Origin: Gaiellales bacterium
Lineage (GTDB): Bacteria; Actinomycetota; Thermoleophilia; Gaiellales; F1-60-MAGs149
Direction of reading: 5' to 3'
Length of the DNA: 54,063 nt
NCBI GenBank assembly: GCA_044369995.1
Contig: JBILWG010000001.1
Span: 1-54,063, forward strand
Below, one piece after another: positions 30,559 to 39,876 of the stretch. Numbering within the stretch: position 1 is the first letter of the stretch; each line of letters starts with the position of its first letter. The notes under the pieces are model-generated. The model made no database searches, was not told the origin of the DNA, and worked only from the letters and a program-made list of their open reading frames with translations. The position numbers and the translations under genes were made by a program.

Positions 30559-31323
30559 ATGCCCGCGTCTTCCGCACTCGCGCTCGACCTCGATCTGGAG
30601 CCGTTTGCCGGCCCGTTCGACTTGCTGCTGGCGCTCGTGCTCCGCGACGTCGTCGATCTCGGGGAGGTACCGGTCGCCGATGTCTGCCTGCGCTATCTCG
30701 CGCAGATCGAGGAGGAGGGCGAGATCGACCTCGAGAGCGCCAGCGAGTTCCTCGTGCTGGTGGCCGCGCTGCTGGAGCTGAAGATCCGGCTGCTGCTCAC
30801 GCCCGACGAGGTCGACGACATGCCCGACGCGCAGGAGGCGGCCGAGGAGCTGGCCGCGCGCCTGGCCGAGTATGCGCGTGCCCAGGCGGCGGCGCAGTGG
30901 CTCGGCGATCGTCTCGAGCAGGTGGGGCGTCGCGTGTTCCGCGACGGACCGCCGGCGCTGCGCCCGCCGCGTCCGCAGCTCGAGGACGAGGAGGGCACGG
31001 GCGATCCCGACCAGCTGGTCGCCGCGCTGCGCCTCGCAATCACCCGCACGGAGGAGGCGGCTGAGCCGATTCATGTGCTGCGCCGCCGCATTCCGCTGGG
31101 ACGCCTGCTCGATCACGTCCGTCGTGCCGTGCGCGAGACCGGTCACTGCACGTTCGACGAGGCGGTGCAGGGGCTCGGTCGGACGGAGCAGGCAGCGGCC
31201 TTCTGGGCGGTGCTCGATCTGATCCGCGGCGGTGAGGTCGTGGCAGAGCAGGATGCGCCGTTCGCGCCCATCCGCATGCGCCTCGCCACGCGTCAGCTCG
31301 CCTCGGTGCCCAGCGCGGCATGA
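30559..31323 (+). CDS. scpA: Segregation and condensation protein A
   Basis: 254 aa. N-terminal LEPFAGPFDLLLALV, typical of ScpA kleisins. Followed by scpB with an ATGA overlap. Confidence 0.9.
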   Translation: MPASSALALDLDLEPFAGPFDLLLALVLRDVVDLGEVPVADVCLRYLAQIEEEGEIDLESASEFLVLVAALLELKIRLLLTPDEVDDMPDAQEAAEELAARLAEYARAQAAAQWLGDRLEQVGRRVFRDGPPALRPPRPQLEDEEGTGDPDQLVAALRLAITRTEEAAEPIHVLRRRIPLGRLLDHVRRAVRETGHCTFDEAVQGLGRTEQAAAFWAVLDLIRGGEVVAEQDAPFAPIRMRLATRQLASVPSAA

Positions 31324-32039
31324 GCGTCGAGCCGCGACACGTCGGCAACGCGCGGATCATCGAGGCGCTGCTCTTCGTCACCTCGGAGCCGCTCGACGAG
31401 CGCACGCTCGCCGCAGCATCGAACCTGTCCGAGCCGGACGTCGAGGAGGCGTTGCAGTACGTCGGGGAGCGTCATGCCGAGGGCGTGTCGGGCGTCGTGC
31501 TGGAGCGCGTCGCCGGCGGCTGGGCGCTGCGCGCTGCCGACGAGACGGCCGTGGCCTGCGCGCGGCTGCTCGATCAGCTCTCGCAGCGTCCGCTGTCGCG
31601 CGCGGCGCTCGAGACGCTGGCAGTCGTGGCGTACGCCGGTCCCGTCAGTCGGCCGGAGATCTCCCGTATCCGCGGCGTGGCGGCCGACAACCCGATCAAG
31701 AGCCTGCTCGAGCGCGGCCTGATCGAGGAGGCTGGCCGCTCCGATCGCCCGGGCAATCCGATCCTGTACCGCACGACCGTGCGCTTCGATCGCGTCTTCG
31801 GACTCGAGGAGGGGCGCCACTCACTGCCGTTGCTCGAGGAGCTCGGCGACGACCTGCCGGATGCTGCGGAGGTGCGCGACCGTCTGCAGGCGATGGCGGC
31901 CACGCAGGCCGTGTCGATCGAGGACCCCGGCACAGCCGATGCCGTGGCGCCCGCCATGGCGGAGGCTGCTGCCCCCGCTGAGGGGGAGGCCGCAGACGCG
32001 TCTGCCGCGGCGGACGCCGCACCCGACGCCCCAGCCTGA
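31320..32039 (+). CDS. scpB: Segregation and condensation protein B
   Basis: 239 aa. IIEALLFVTSEPL ... LSRAALETLAVVAYAGPVSRPEISRIRGV winged-helix pattern. Acidic low-complexity tail. Confidence 0.9.
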   Translation: MSVEPRHVGNARIIEALLFVTSEPLDERTLAAASNLSEPDVEEALQYVGERHAEGVSGVVLERVAGGWALRAADETAVACARLLDQLSQRPLSRAALETLAVVAYAGPVSRPEISRIRGVAADNPIKSLLERGLIEEAGRSDRPGNPILYRTTVRFDRVFGLEEGRHSLPLLEELGDDLPDAAEVRDRLQAMAATQAVSIEDPGTADAVAPAMAEAAAPAEGEAADASAAADAAPDAPA

Positions 32040-32052
32040 GACACTGCCGGTC

Positions 32053-32784
32053 GTGGCTGACTCCGCGGCGAACACGATCCGGCTCAACAAGTTCCTCGCG
32101 CAGAGTGGCGTGGCCTCGCGTCGCGGTGCGGACGCGCTGATCGCGGAGGGGCGCGTCACGATCAACGGATCGGTCGCGCAGGCCGGATCGCAGGTCGCTC
32201 CCGGCGCGATCGTCGCCGTCGATGGCACGCCCGTGGCGGCGGAGCGCCTGACGTACATGGTCCTGAACAAGCCCGTCGGCTACGTCACGACCCTGAGCGA
32301 CCCGGAGGGGCGTCCGACGGTGATCGACCTGCTGGACGTGCTCGAGCGCGTGGTACCCGTGGGGCGCCTCGACGCGATGACGAGCGGCCTGCTGCTGCTG
32401 ACCAACGATGGCGATCTCGCGTACAAGCTCTCGCACCCGAAGCACGGCGTGCCGAAGACGTACCGCGCGATCGTCCGCGGGCTGCCCGGCTCGGCGGCGT
32501 TGCGCAAGCTCACGCAGGGCGTGCATCTCGACGATGGTCGAACCCGACCGGCGGAGGTCACGATGATCGCGGCGCGGTCGGGCGGAGCGGAGCTCGAGAT
32601 CACCATCAAGGAGGGCAGGAACCGGCAGGTGCGGCGCATGTGCGCTGCGGTCGGGTACCCCGTGATGGAGCTCGAGCGCATCGCCTACGGCCCGCTCACG
32701 CTCGGCCGGCTGGGTGTCGGCACGTGTCGGGCCCTCAAGCCACACGAGCTCGAGGCACTGCAGGCCGCGGCAAGCGGCGGCTGA
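32053..32784 (+). CDS. rluB: Pseudouridine synthase (RluB/RsuA family) with S4 domain
   Basis: 243 aa from GTG 32053. S4 domain (IRLNKFLAQSGVASRRGADALI) and catalytic GRLDAMTSGLLLLTNDG. scpA-scpB-rluB order as in other actinobacteria. Confidence 0.88.
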   Translation: MADSAANTIRLNKFLAQSGVASRRGADALIAEGRVTINGSVAQAGSQVAPGAIVAVDGTPVAAERLTYMVLNKPVGYVTTLSDPEGRPTVIDLLDVLERVVPVGRLDAMTSGLLLLTNDGDLAYKLSHPKHGVPKTYRAIVRGLPGSAALRKLTQGVHLDDGRTRPAEVTMIAARSGGAELEITIKEGRNRQVRRMCAAVGYPVMELERIAYGPLTLGRLGVGTCRALKPHELEALQAAASGG

Positions 32785-32813
32785 AAACCCGACCCACGGT
32801 ATCCTTCGGCCTC

Positions 32814-33866
32814 GTGAGTGCAGCACCCGCCACCGGAGCCCCCGAGCTCATCGTCGTCATGCGCGCCTCCGCCACCGCGGAGGAGGTCCAGCACGTCATC
32901 GCCCTGATCGAGGGCGCTGGTGCCGGCGTGCACGTGGATGCGGGTGGTGAGGGCACCGTGATCGGCGCCATCGGCGATCGCGCGATCGTCGCCGGACTGC
33001 CGCTCGAGGCCGTCAACGGCGTCGAGCGCGTCGTGCCGCTGCGCAAGGAGTACAAGCGGGTCTCGCGCGAGTTCCGCTCCCGCGACACGGTCGTCACCGT
33101 CGGTCCGTGCAAGGTCGGCGGCGGGCACTTCGCGATGATGGGCGGTCCCTGCTCGATCGAGTCGTACGACCAGACGCTTGCCTCGGCCAAGGCCGTCAAG
33201 GAGGCCGGTGGCTCGATGCTGCGCGGGGGCGCCTACAAGCCGCGCACCTCGCCGTACGCCTTCCAGGGTCTCGGCCTCGAGGGGCTCAAGATCCTCCGCT
33301 CCGTCGGCGACGAGGTCGGCCTGCCGGTCACGACCGAGCTGATGGACGTGCGCGATCTCCAGGACGTCGTCGACCACGTCGACATGATCTGGATCGGTGC
33401 CCGCAACATGCAGAATTTCAACCTCCTCAGCGAGGTCGGCCGCTCCGGCAAGCCGATCATGCTGAAGCGCGGGATCGCGGCGACCATCGAGGAGCTGCTG
33501 ATGGCGTCCGAGTACATCGCCAACGGCGGCTGCGACGAGCTGATCCTCTGCGAGCGCGGCATCCGCACCTTCGAGAAGGCCACGCGCTTCACGCTCGATG
33601 TCTCGGCGATCCCGGTGCTGAAGGCCGAGACGCATCTCCCGGTCATCGTCGATCCGTCGCACGCCGCGGGCAAGCGCTCGCTCGTCGCGCCGCTCGCCCT
33701 GGCGTCGGTCGCCGCAGGAGCGGATGGTCTGATCGTCGAGACGCACCCGACGCCCGAGCACGCACTCTCCGACGCCGCGCAGCAGATTCCGTCGGCCGAA
33801 TTCCCCGCGTTCGTCGCGGACATCGAGCGACTCGTCTCGGTCTGCGGCAGGACCCTCAGCCGGTAG
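32814..33866 (+). CDS. aroF: 3-deoxy-7-phosphoheptulonate (DAHP) synthase, type I-beta with N-terminal ferredoxin-like regulatory domain
   Basis: Collinear with Thermotoga-type DAHPS. N-terminal LIVVMRASATAEEV...TVIGAIGD regulatory domain, then GPCSIES, LRGGAYKPRTSPYAFQGLG, LCERGIRTFE and VDPSH. The GTG 32814 start is chosen to retain the regulatory domain. Confidence 0.9.
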   Translation: MSAAPATGAPELIVVMRASATAEEVQHVIALIEGAGAGVHVDAGGEGTVIGAIGDRAIVAGLPLEAVNGVERVVPLRKEYKRVSREFRSRDTVVTVGPCKVGGGHFAMMGGPCSIESYDQTLASAKAVKEAGGSMLRGGAYKPRTSPYAFQGLGLEGLKILRSVGDEVGLPVTTELMDVRDLQDVVDHVDMIWIGARNMQNFNLLSEVGRSGKPIMLKRGIAATIEELLMASEYIANGGCDELILCERGIRTFEKATRFTLDVSAIPVLKAETHLPVIVDPSHAAGKRSLVAPLALASVAAGADGLIVETHPTPEHALSDAAQQIPSAEFPAFVADIERLVSVCGRTLSR

Positions 33867-33872
33867 GCGGCC

Positions 33873-34985
33873 ATGCAGGTCGCGATCGTCGGCCTCGGAC
33901 TCATGGGCGGCAGTCTCGGACTCGCCCTGCGTCAGCATGCGGCGAATCACGTGGTCGGCTTCGACCTCGATGCGGATGAGGCCGGCGTGGCACTCGAGCG
34001 CGGCTGCGTTGACGCTATCGCCGGGTCGCTCGCGGAGGCGTGCGGCGCGGCCGAGCTGGTCGTCGTCGCCACGCCCGTCTCGGCGATCGCCGGCGTCATC
34101 GATGACGTGCTCGTCGCCGCGCCGGACGCCACCATCACCGACATCGGCTCGACCAAGGGGCACGTCGTCGCCGCCGTGCCGGTGGACGGTCGGGCGCGCT
34201 TCGTGGGCGGGCATCCGATCTGCGGCTCCGAGGCGCACGGCGCGGCGCATGCGCGAGCCGAGCTCTTCCAGGGCGCCACGTGGTTCCTGACGCCGTCCGT
34301 GGAATCCGCTGCGGAGCGGCTGACGCAGCTGCACGGCATGGTCGCCAGCGTCGGCGCGCGCCCGGTCGTGATCGACGCGGCCGCCCACGACTCGATCGTC
34401 GCGCTGACCAGCCACTTTCCGCACGTGCTCGCCAACGTCCTCGCCACGCAGGTCGCGGCCACCGACGTCAACGGCCATAGCCCGCTCCACTCCGTGGGCG
34501 GCTCGTTCCGCGACATGACGCGCGTCGCCGGCGCCAACCCCGCGATCTGGATCGACATCTTCCTCGACAACCGCGACGCCATCCTCGCGGCGGTCGAGGA
34601 TGCGCAGGCGCAGCTCGGCACCGTCGCCGACGCGCTGCGCAGCGGTGACGAGGCGTTCCTCGCCACGTGGATCGCCGCGGCCGCTGCCGCGCGCAGTGAG
34701 GCGCTGGCCCAGGCCCACCGCACGGCACCGGCCGACCTGCACGAGCTGCTCGCCTCCGTGCCCGATCGGCCGGGCGCGCTGTCATCCATCGCGCAGGCGC
34801 TGTCGGCTGCGGGCATCAACATCGAGGAGTTCTCGCTCAGCCACATCTCGCCCGAACGCGGCGGCGAGGTGCGCATCATCGTGGCTGGAGAGGACAACGC
34901 CGCGCGGGCCGTCGAGCTGCTGCGCGCCGACGGCTGCATTGCCACGCACCAGCCGATCATCGAGGGCGCGGGAGGTGCCGAGTGA
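33873..34985 (+). CDS. tyrA: Prephenate dehydrogenase with C-terminal ACT domain
   Basis: 370 aa. Rossmann N-terminus (VAIVGLGLMGGSLGLAL), the HPICGSE motif, and an ACT-like C-terminus (VPDRPGALSSIAQALSAAGINIE). Confidence 0.88.
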   Translation: MQVAIVGLGLMGGSLGLALRQHAANHVVGFDLDADEAGVALERGCVDAIAGSLAEACGAAELVVVATPVSAIAGVIDDVLVAAPDATITDIGSTKGHVVAAVPVDGRARFVGGHPICGSEAHGAAHARAELFQGATWFLTPSVESAAERLTQLHGMVASVGARPVVIDAAAHDSIVALTSHFPHVLANVLATQVAATDVNGHSPLHSVGGSFRDMTRVAGANPAIWIDIFLDNRDAILAAVEDAQAQLGTVADALRSGDEAFLATWIAAAAAARSEALAQAHRTAPADLHELLASVPDRPGALSSIAQALSAAGINIEEFSLSHISPERGGEVRIIVAGEDNAARAVELLRADGCIATHQPIIEGAGGAE

Positions 34986-36289
34986 CCGCCTGGAAGGTCG
35001 CACCCTCGGGGCCGTTGCTCGGCGAGCTGACCGTCAACGGCGATAAGTCCGTCAGTCATCGTGCGCTGCTGATCGGGGCCCTCTGCGACGGCCCGGTCGA
35101 GGTCGAAGGCTGGGGCGACTCCGCCGACACCCGCGCCACGCTCGAGGCGGTCCGCTCGCTCGGCGTGCAGGTCGATGATCACGGCCACGGCCGTCTCACG
35201 GTGCACGGCGTCGGGATCGACGGACTCAAGCCGCCCGTCGGATCGATCGACGTCAAGAACGCCGGCACGCTGATGCGCCTGCTGTCCGGCATCTGCGCGA
35301 TGCAGCCTGCCGGCGTCTACGTGCTCGACGGTGACGCATCGATCCGCACACGTCCGATGGAGCGCGTCGCCAAGCCGCTGCGCGCGATGGGTGCCGAGGT
35401 CGCGACGACGGACGGCACGCCGCCCGTCACCGTGACCGGGGGCAACGCGCTGCGGGGCATCCAGCACGACATGGAGGTCTCGTCCGCGCAGGTGAAGTCC
35501 GCGATCCTGCTCGCCGGCCTGCGTGCCGACGGCCCGACGACCGTGATCGAGCAGGTGCCGACGCGCGATCACACCGAGCGCATGCTGCGCGCCGCCGGCG
35601 CGACCGTGCAGACCCTCCGCGATCGCGTCGTGCTTCAGCCGACGACACGTCTGCACCTCGAGCGCATCGAGGTGCCCGGCGACATCTCGTCCGCGGCGTT
35701 CCTGATCATCGCGGCCACGCTGATCCCCGAGTCGCGGATCTTCCTGCGCGGGATCGGCATGGGTGCAGGGCGCACGGGCCTGCTCGACGTGCTGGAGCGG
35801 ATGGGTGGCCGCGTTGCGGTGTTCAACCGGCGGACCACCGACGCGGGCGAGCCCGTCGCCGACCTCGAGGTCGCACACGCCGAGCTGACCGCCAGCAGCA
35901 TCCGCGGCGCCGAGGTGGCGGGGCTGATCGACGAGCTGCCCATCCTGGCGCTCGCGGCCTGCGCCGCGCGGGGCAAGACCCGTGTCCGTGAGGCCGAGGA
36001 GCTCAAGTTCAAGGAGTCGAATCGCCTCGAGAGCGTGTACGACGCGCTGCGCGGCATCGGCGGCCACATCGAGCTCGAGGAGGACGGCTGGTTCATCCGT
36101 GGCGTCCCGGCACGCCTGCGCGGTGGTACCGTCAATGCGCGCGGCGACCATCGCATCGCGATGCTCGGAGCGATTGCGGGGCTCTACTCGGAGGACGGCG
36201 TGACGATCACGGATCCAGAGGCGATCGACGTGTCCTTCCCCGCGTTTCGCTCGCTGATCGAGGCCGTCACGGCGGAGCGTCGGCGATGA
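34982..36289 (+). CDS. aroA: 3-phosphoshikimate 1-carboxyvinyltransferase (EPSP synthase)
   Basis: 435 aa with GDKSVSHRALL, NAGTLMRLL, and DHRIAM near the C-terminus. GTGA overlap with tyrA. Confidence 0.95.
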   Translation: MTAWKVAPSGPLLGELTVNGDKSVSHRALLIGALCDGPVEVEGWGDSADTRATLEAVRSLGVQVDDHGHGRLTVHGVGIDGLKPPVGSIDVKNAGTLMRLLSGICAMQPAGVYVLDGDASIRTRPMERVAKPLRAMGAEVATTDGTPPVTVTGGNALRGIQHDMEVSSAQVKSAILLAGLRADGPTTVIEQVPTRDHTERMLRAAGATVQTLRDRVVLQPTTRLHLERIEVPGDISSAAFLIIAATLIPESRIFLRGIGMGAGRTGLLDVLERMGGRVAVFNRRTTDAGEPVADLEVAHAELTASSIRGAEVAGLIDELPILALAACAARGKTRVREAEELKFKESNRLESVYDALRGIGGHIELEEDGWFIRGVPARLRGGTVNARGDHRIAMLGAIAGLYSEDGVTITDPEAIDVSFPAFRSLIEAVTAERRR

Positions 36290-36852
36290 TCATCACCATT
36301 GACGGTCCCGCCGGTGCGGGCAAGTCCACGGTGTCGCGAAGCCTCGCGACGCGCCTCGGCTATCGCTACCTCGATACGGGGGCGATGTATCGGGCGGTCA
36401 CACTCGTCGCACTCGAAACCGGGGAGGATCCTGTCGCCGTGGCCGAGGCGGGCGCATGGACCACGCGGCTGCTGGACCCCGCGCTGCGGTCCGATGCGGT
36501 CGATGGCGCCGTCTCCGGCGTGTCGTGTCTGCCGGAGGTGCGCGAGGCGCTGCGCGGCGCGCAGCGCGCGTTTCTCGCGGCCGGAGACGCCGTCGCCGAA
36601 GGGCGTGACATCGGCTCCATCGTCTGGCCCCAAGCCGAACTGAAGGTGTGGCTCGATGCCTCCCCGGACGAGCGTCGCCGTCGTCGCGCCGCCGAACGAG
36701 GTGCCGAGGCGGGGGAGACGGCGCTGGAGCGCGACCGCCTTGATGCGGCCCAGATGCTCGTGCCCGAGGACAGCGTGCGGGTCGACACCGAGGGACGCTC
36801 GATCGACGAGGTGATCGAGTCGATCGTGCGACTCGTGGAGGAGCGCGCATGA
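36286..36852 (+). CDS. cmk: Cytidylate kinase
   Basis: 188 aa. P-loop IITIDGPAGAGKST and YLDTGAMYRA. ATGA overlap with aroA. Confidence 0.93.
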   Translation: MIITIDGPAGAGKSTVSRSLATRLGYRYLDTGAMYRAVTLVALETGEDPVAVAEAGAWTTRLLDPALRSDAVDGAVSGVSCLPEVREALRGAQRAFLAAGDAVAEGRDIGSIVWPQAELKVWLDASPDERRRRRAAERGAEAGETALERDRLDAAQMLVPEDSVRVDTEGRSIDEVIESIVRLVEERA

Positions 36853-37553
36853 CCGAGACCCGTATGGCCTGGGACGGCTTCCGCCTCTTCACGCCCGAGC
36901 GCTCGTGGGCGCTGGCGCTCAAGCTCGTGGCGCCGCCGATTCGTCGCTTCTCCGACGTGCGCATCTGGGGACGCGAGCGCGTGCCACGGAGCGGCCCCGC
37001 GATCCTCGCCGCCAACCACCAGTCGTTCTACGACATCTTCGTGCTCGGCGCCGTGATGCAGCGCCCGATCTACTACATGGCCAAGCAGGAGCTGTTCGAC
37101 AACGCCGCCCTGGCGCGGTTTCTGCCGCACACGGGCGCCTTCCCCGTGCGCCGCGGCGAGGCGGATCGCAGCGCGATCGACGCCGCCCGCGAGGTACTGG
37201 CGCGCGGCGACCTCCTCGGCATCTTCGTCGACGGCACGCGCCACCACGGTGACGGACTGGGTGAAGTGCGGGCCGGCGCGGCGATGATCGCCGGCATCAC
37301 CGGCGCACCGATCGTGCCCGTCTGGATCAACGGCACCGATCGGATCGCGGACACGCCGCGCGCTCCCATCAGCGTCACGTACGGGCGCCCGATGACGGTG
37401 GAGGGGCGCGGGAGCAAGGCCTATCGTGCTGCCTCCGACGACCTCGGCGCCTACCTGCGACAGCTGGAGTCGTTCGCCGAGAGCGCGGATCGCGCCGGCC
37501 GCCCCAAGGATGCCGTACCACCCGAGTGGGCGAGCAAGGAGACGAGCGCATGA
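36849..37553 (+). CDS. plsC: 1-acyl-sn-glycerol-3-phosphate acyltransferase family protein
   Basis: 234 aa. HxxxxD motif (NHQSFYDI) and FPVRRG/EGTR-like blocks (GAFPVRRG, FVDGTRH). ATGA overlap with cmk. Confidence 0.85.
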   Translation: MTETRMAWDGFRLFTPERSWALALKLVAPPIRRFSDVRIWGRERVPRSGPAILAANHQSFYDIFVLGAVMQRPIYYMAKQELFDNAALARFLPHTGAFPVRRGEADRSAIDAAREVLARGDLLGIFVDGTRHHGDGLGEVRAGAAMIAGITGAPIVPVWINGTDRIADTPRAPISVTYGRPMTVEGRGSKAYRAASDDLGAYLRQLESFAESADRAGRPKDAVPPEWASKETSA

Positions 37554-38935
37554 GCGGACGCGAGCCACCGCGAGCGCGCAAGCGCCGAGGCCAGGAGTTC
37601 GACGAGGACGTCCAAGCGCTTCCCGAGCAGCCGATCCTCGGCGTGGTCGCCGTTGTCGGCTACCCGAACGTCGGCAAGTCGACGCTCTGCAACCGTCTCG
37701 CGGGGCGCCGCGACGCGGTCGTGCATTCCGAGCCGGGCGTGACGCGTGACCGCAAGGACGTCGACGTCGAGTGGAACGGGAAGTTCTTCCGCCTCGTCGA
37801 CACCGGGGGCATCGATCTCGGCGGGGAGACGATGATGGCGGAGGAAGTGGCGCAGCAGGCGCGAACCGCGCTGGCCGAGGCCGACATGGCGCTGTTCGTC
37901 GTCGACGCCAAGGCCGGGGTGATGCCCGGCGATCTCGAGGTCGCGGAGATCCTGCGGCGCGAGAAGATCCCCATGTTGCTCGTCGCGAACAAGGCCGACG
38001 GCCAGAGCGGCGATCTCAATGCCCTCGTGTTCCACGAGCTCGGTCTCGGGGAACCGATCCCCGTCTCCGCCATCCACGGCTCTGGCAGCGGCGATCTCCT
38101 CGATCTGATCGTCGAGCGGCTCGCCGAGATGCCGCAGGCCGAGCGCCTGGAGCGCGTCGCCGATGAGATCGGCGTGGCGATCCTCGGCCGCCCGAACGTC
38201 GGCAAGTCCTCGCTCTTCAACAAGCTGATCGGCTCGCCCCGCGTCATCGTCAGCGACATTCCCGGCACGACTCGCGACGCGATCGACACGCGCCTCGTAC
38301 GGGGTGAGACCGTCTTCCGTCTCGTCGATACCGCCGGCATGCGCCGCAAGCGCGCTCAGCGCCAGGACATCGAGTACTGGAGCGAGAAGCGTGCGCTGGC
38401 GGCGATGGACCATGCCGACATCGCGCTCGTGCTGATCGACGGGGCGGAGGGCTTCGTCGATCACGATCTCGACGTCGCCGATGCGGCGCGCAAGGCCGGC
38501 TGCGCAACGCTCGTGGTCGTCTCCAAGTGGGACGCCTCCGAGATCGACCTCGACGATCTGCGCCTGCGGATCGAGCGCAAGCTGCGGCAGCGCCCGATGA
38601 TCGTCACCACCTCCTCCGTGACGGGGCGCGGCCTTGATCGCCTGCTCGATCGGATCGAGGAGCTCTACGCGGCCTACACGCGGCGCATGCCCACGCCCGC
38701 CGTCAATCGCGCACTGCAGGATGCCGTGGCGCAGCGGCAGCCACCGCTTGTGCACGGCAAGCGGATGAAGCTGATCTACGGGGCGCAGGTGCAGACGCGT
38801 CCGCCGCGCTTTCGCATCACGATCAACGATCGCAAGCTGATCACGCGCGACTACGCCTACTTCATCGAGAATCGATTGCGCGAGGCCGCTCAGCTCGAGG
38901 GCTGTCCCGTGGTGATCGATTTCGTGGAGCGCTAG
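37550..38935 (+). CDS. der: Ribosome biogenesis GTPase Der (EngA)
   Basis: Two tandem GTPase domains (GYPNVGKSTL...DTGG; GRPNVGKSSL...DTAG) plus a KH-like C-terminus. ATG 37550 overlaps the plsC stop (ATGA). cmk-der linkage is conserved. Confidence 0.95.
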   Translation: MSGREPPRARKRRGQEFDEDVQALPEQPILGVVAVVGYPNVGKSTLCNRLAGRRDAVVHSEPGVTRDRKDVDVEWNGKFFRLVDTGGIDLGGETMMAEEVAQQARTALAEADMALFVVDAKAGVMPGDLEVAEILRREKIPMLLVANKADGQSGDLNALVFHELGLGEPIPVSAIHGSGSGDLLDLIVERLAEMPQAERLERVADEIGVAILGRPNVGKSSLFNKLIGSPRVIVSDIPGTTRDAIDTRLVRGETVFRLVDTAGMRRKRAQRQDIEYWSEKRALAAMDHADIALVLIDGAEGFVDHDLDVADAARKAGCATLVVVSKWDASEIDLDDLRLRIERKLRQRPMIVTTSSVTGRGLDRLLDRIEELYAAYTRRMPTPAVNRALQDAVAQRQPPLVHGKRMKLIYGAQVQTRPPRFRITINDRKLITRDYAYFIENRLREAAQLEGCPVVIDFVER

Positions 38936-39164
38936 CTGTTCCGCTGCTGGTCTCGTGCGACGCACCCCGACGCCGGTACCGCACTCCCCGCCCGAACCGC
39001 CGCAGCGGCGAACCCGCCAGTGGCTCAGCCGCTGAGCCGGCCGCAGCAGGCAGCGTTCGCTGCCCATGCGCTGGCGGGCCGATCCTCAGGTGACTTCAGG
39101 GGCTGACTGCCCCGGGAGTGCGCCACGGATCGGCTACGCGTTCGCTGCGCTCACGGGCCGATCC

Positions 39165-39740
39165 TCAGCCCCTGGAATTCCACTGGAGGATGACGGGGCA
39201 CTCGCGCTCCCACCCGAGCAGCGAGACGGTGGCGGTATCGAGTCGGAACAGGCGGCCGTCCTGCGGAGGGAGGCCGAGCCAGCGAGCCGTCAGGACGCGC
39301 AGGACGTGGCCATGCGCGACCACGAGCGTGGTTCCACCCGTCGCGCGCGCCGCGGCGATCACGCGGTCGACACGCGCCGCCACCGCGGCGGGGGTCTCGC
39401 CGTCGGGGCACCCGCCGAACCAGACCGTCCAGTCCGGCACGGTCTGGCGGATCTCGTTCGTGGTGATGCCCTCGTAGCGGCCGTAGTTCCACTCGACCAG
39501 ATCGGCATCGATCGTGGGCTCGCGGTCCAGATCCAGCAGCGCACACGTCTCACGCGCACGCTGGAGCGGGCTGCAGCGGATGCGATCGATCGCGAGGGCG
39601 TGCACCAGCGGTGCGGCCGCGCGTGCCTCCTCGCGGCCCTGCTCGGTCAGGGGGATGTCGGTCGTGCCGGTATGGCGGCCGTTCACGCTCCACTCGGTCT
39701 GGCCGTGGCGCACCACGGCGATCTGGGCCTGCTCCGCCAT
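39165..39740 (-). CDS. Histidine phosphatase family protein (phosphoglycerate mutase-like)
   Basis: 191 aa with the RHGQTEWS catalytic motif and a downstream VVAHGHVLR motif. Confidence 0.85.
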   Translation of the reverse strand: MAEQAQIAVVRHGQTEWSVNGRHTGTTDIPLTEQGREEARAAAPLVHALAIDRIRCSPLQRARETCALLDLDREPTIDADLVEWNYGRYEGITTNEIRQTVPDWTVWFGGCPDGETPAAVAARVDRVIAAARATGGTTLVVAHGHVLRVLTARWLGLPPQDGRLFRLDTATVSLLGWERECPVILQWNSRG

Positions 39741-39817
39741 GGTGCGGATCGTCGCAGATCAGGCAGCGGGATCACATTCCCGGCTCCTCCCGGTGAGGGG
39801 GTCGGGAAACCGCGGGG

Positions 39818-39823
39818 TATACT
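39818..39823 (+). promoter_or_regulatory. Candidate -10 box (TATACT) in the divergent region upstream of the LCP gene
   Basis: AT-rich TATACT within the 11-mer GGTATACTCAG, which is shared with 10624-10634. It lies 54 nt upstream of the first in-frame start (GTG 39877). Confidence 0.25.
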
Positions 39824-39876
39824 CAGCCGAGTGTCTGGAGCGTCGCCAGCGGGCGTCGCTGCGGTCCGAGAACACC

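Noticed and set aside
39514-39876. The LCP gene starting at 39514, or at ATG 39739.
   Set aside because: That would overlap the divergent histidine phosphatase gene by up to 227 nt, and ATG 39739 overlaps the phosphatase start codon itself. The encoded segment is Arg/Ser/Cys-rich junk.
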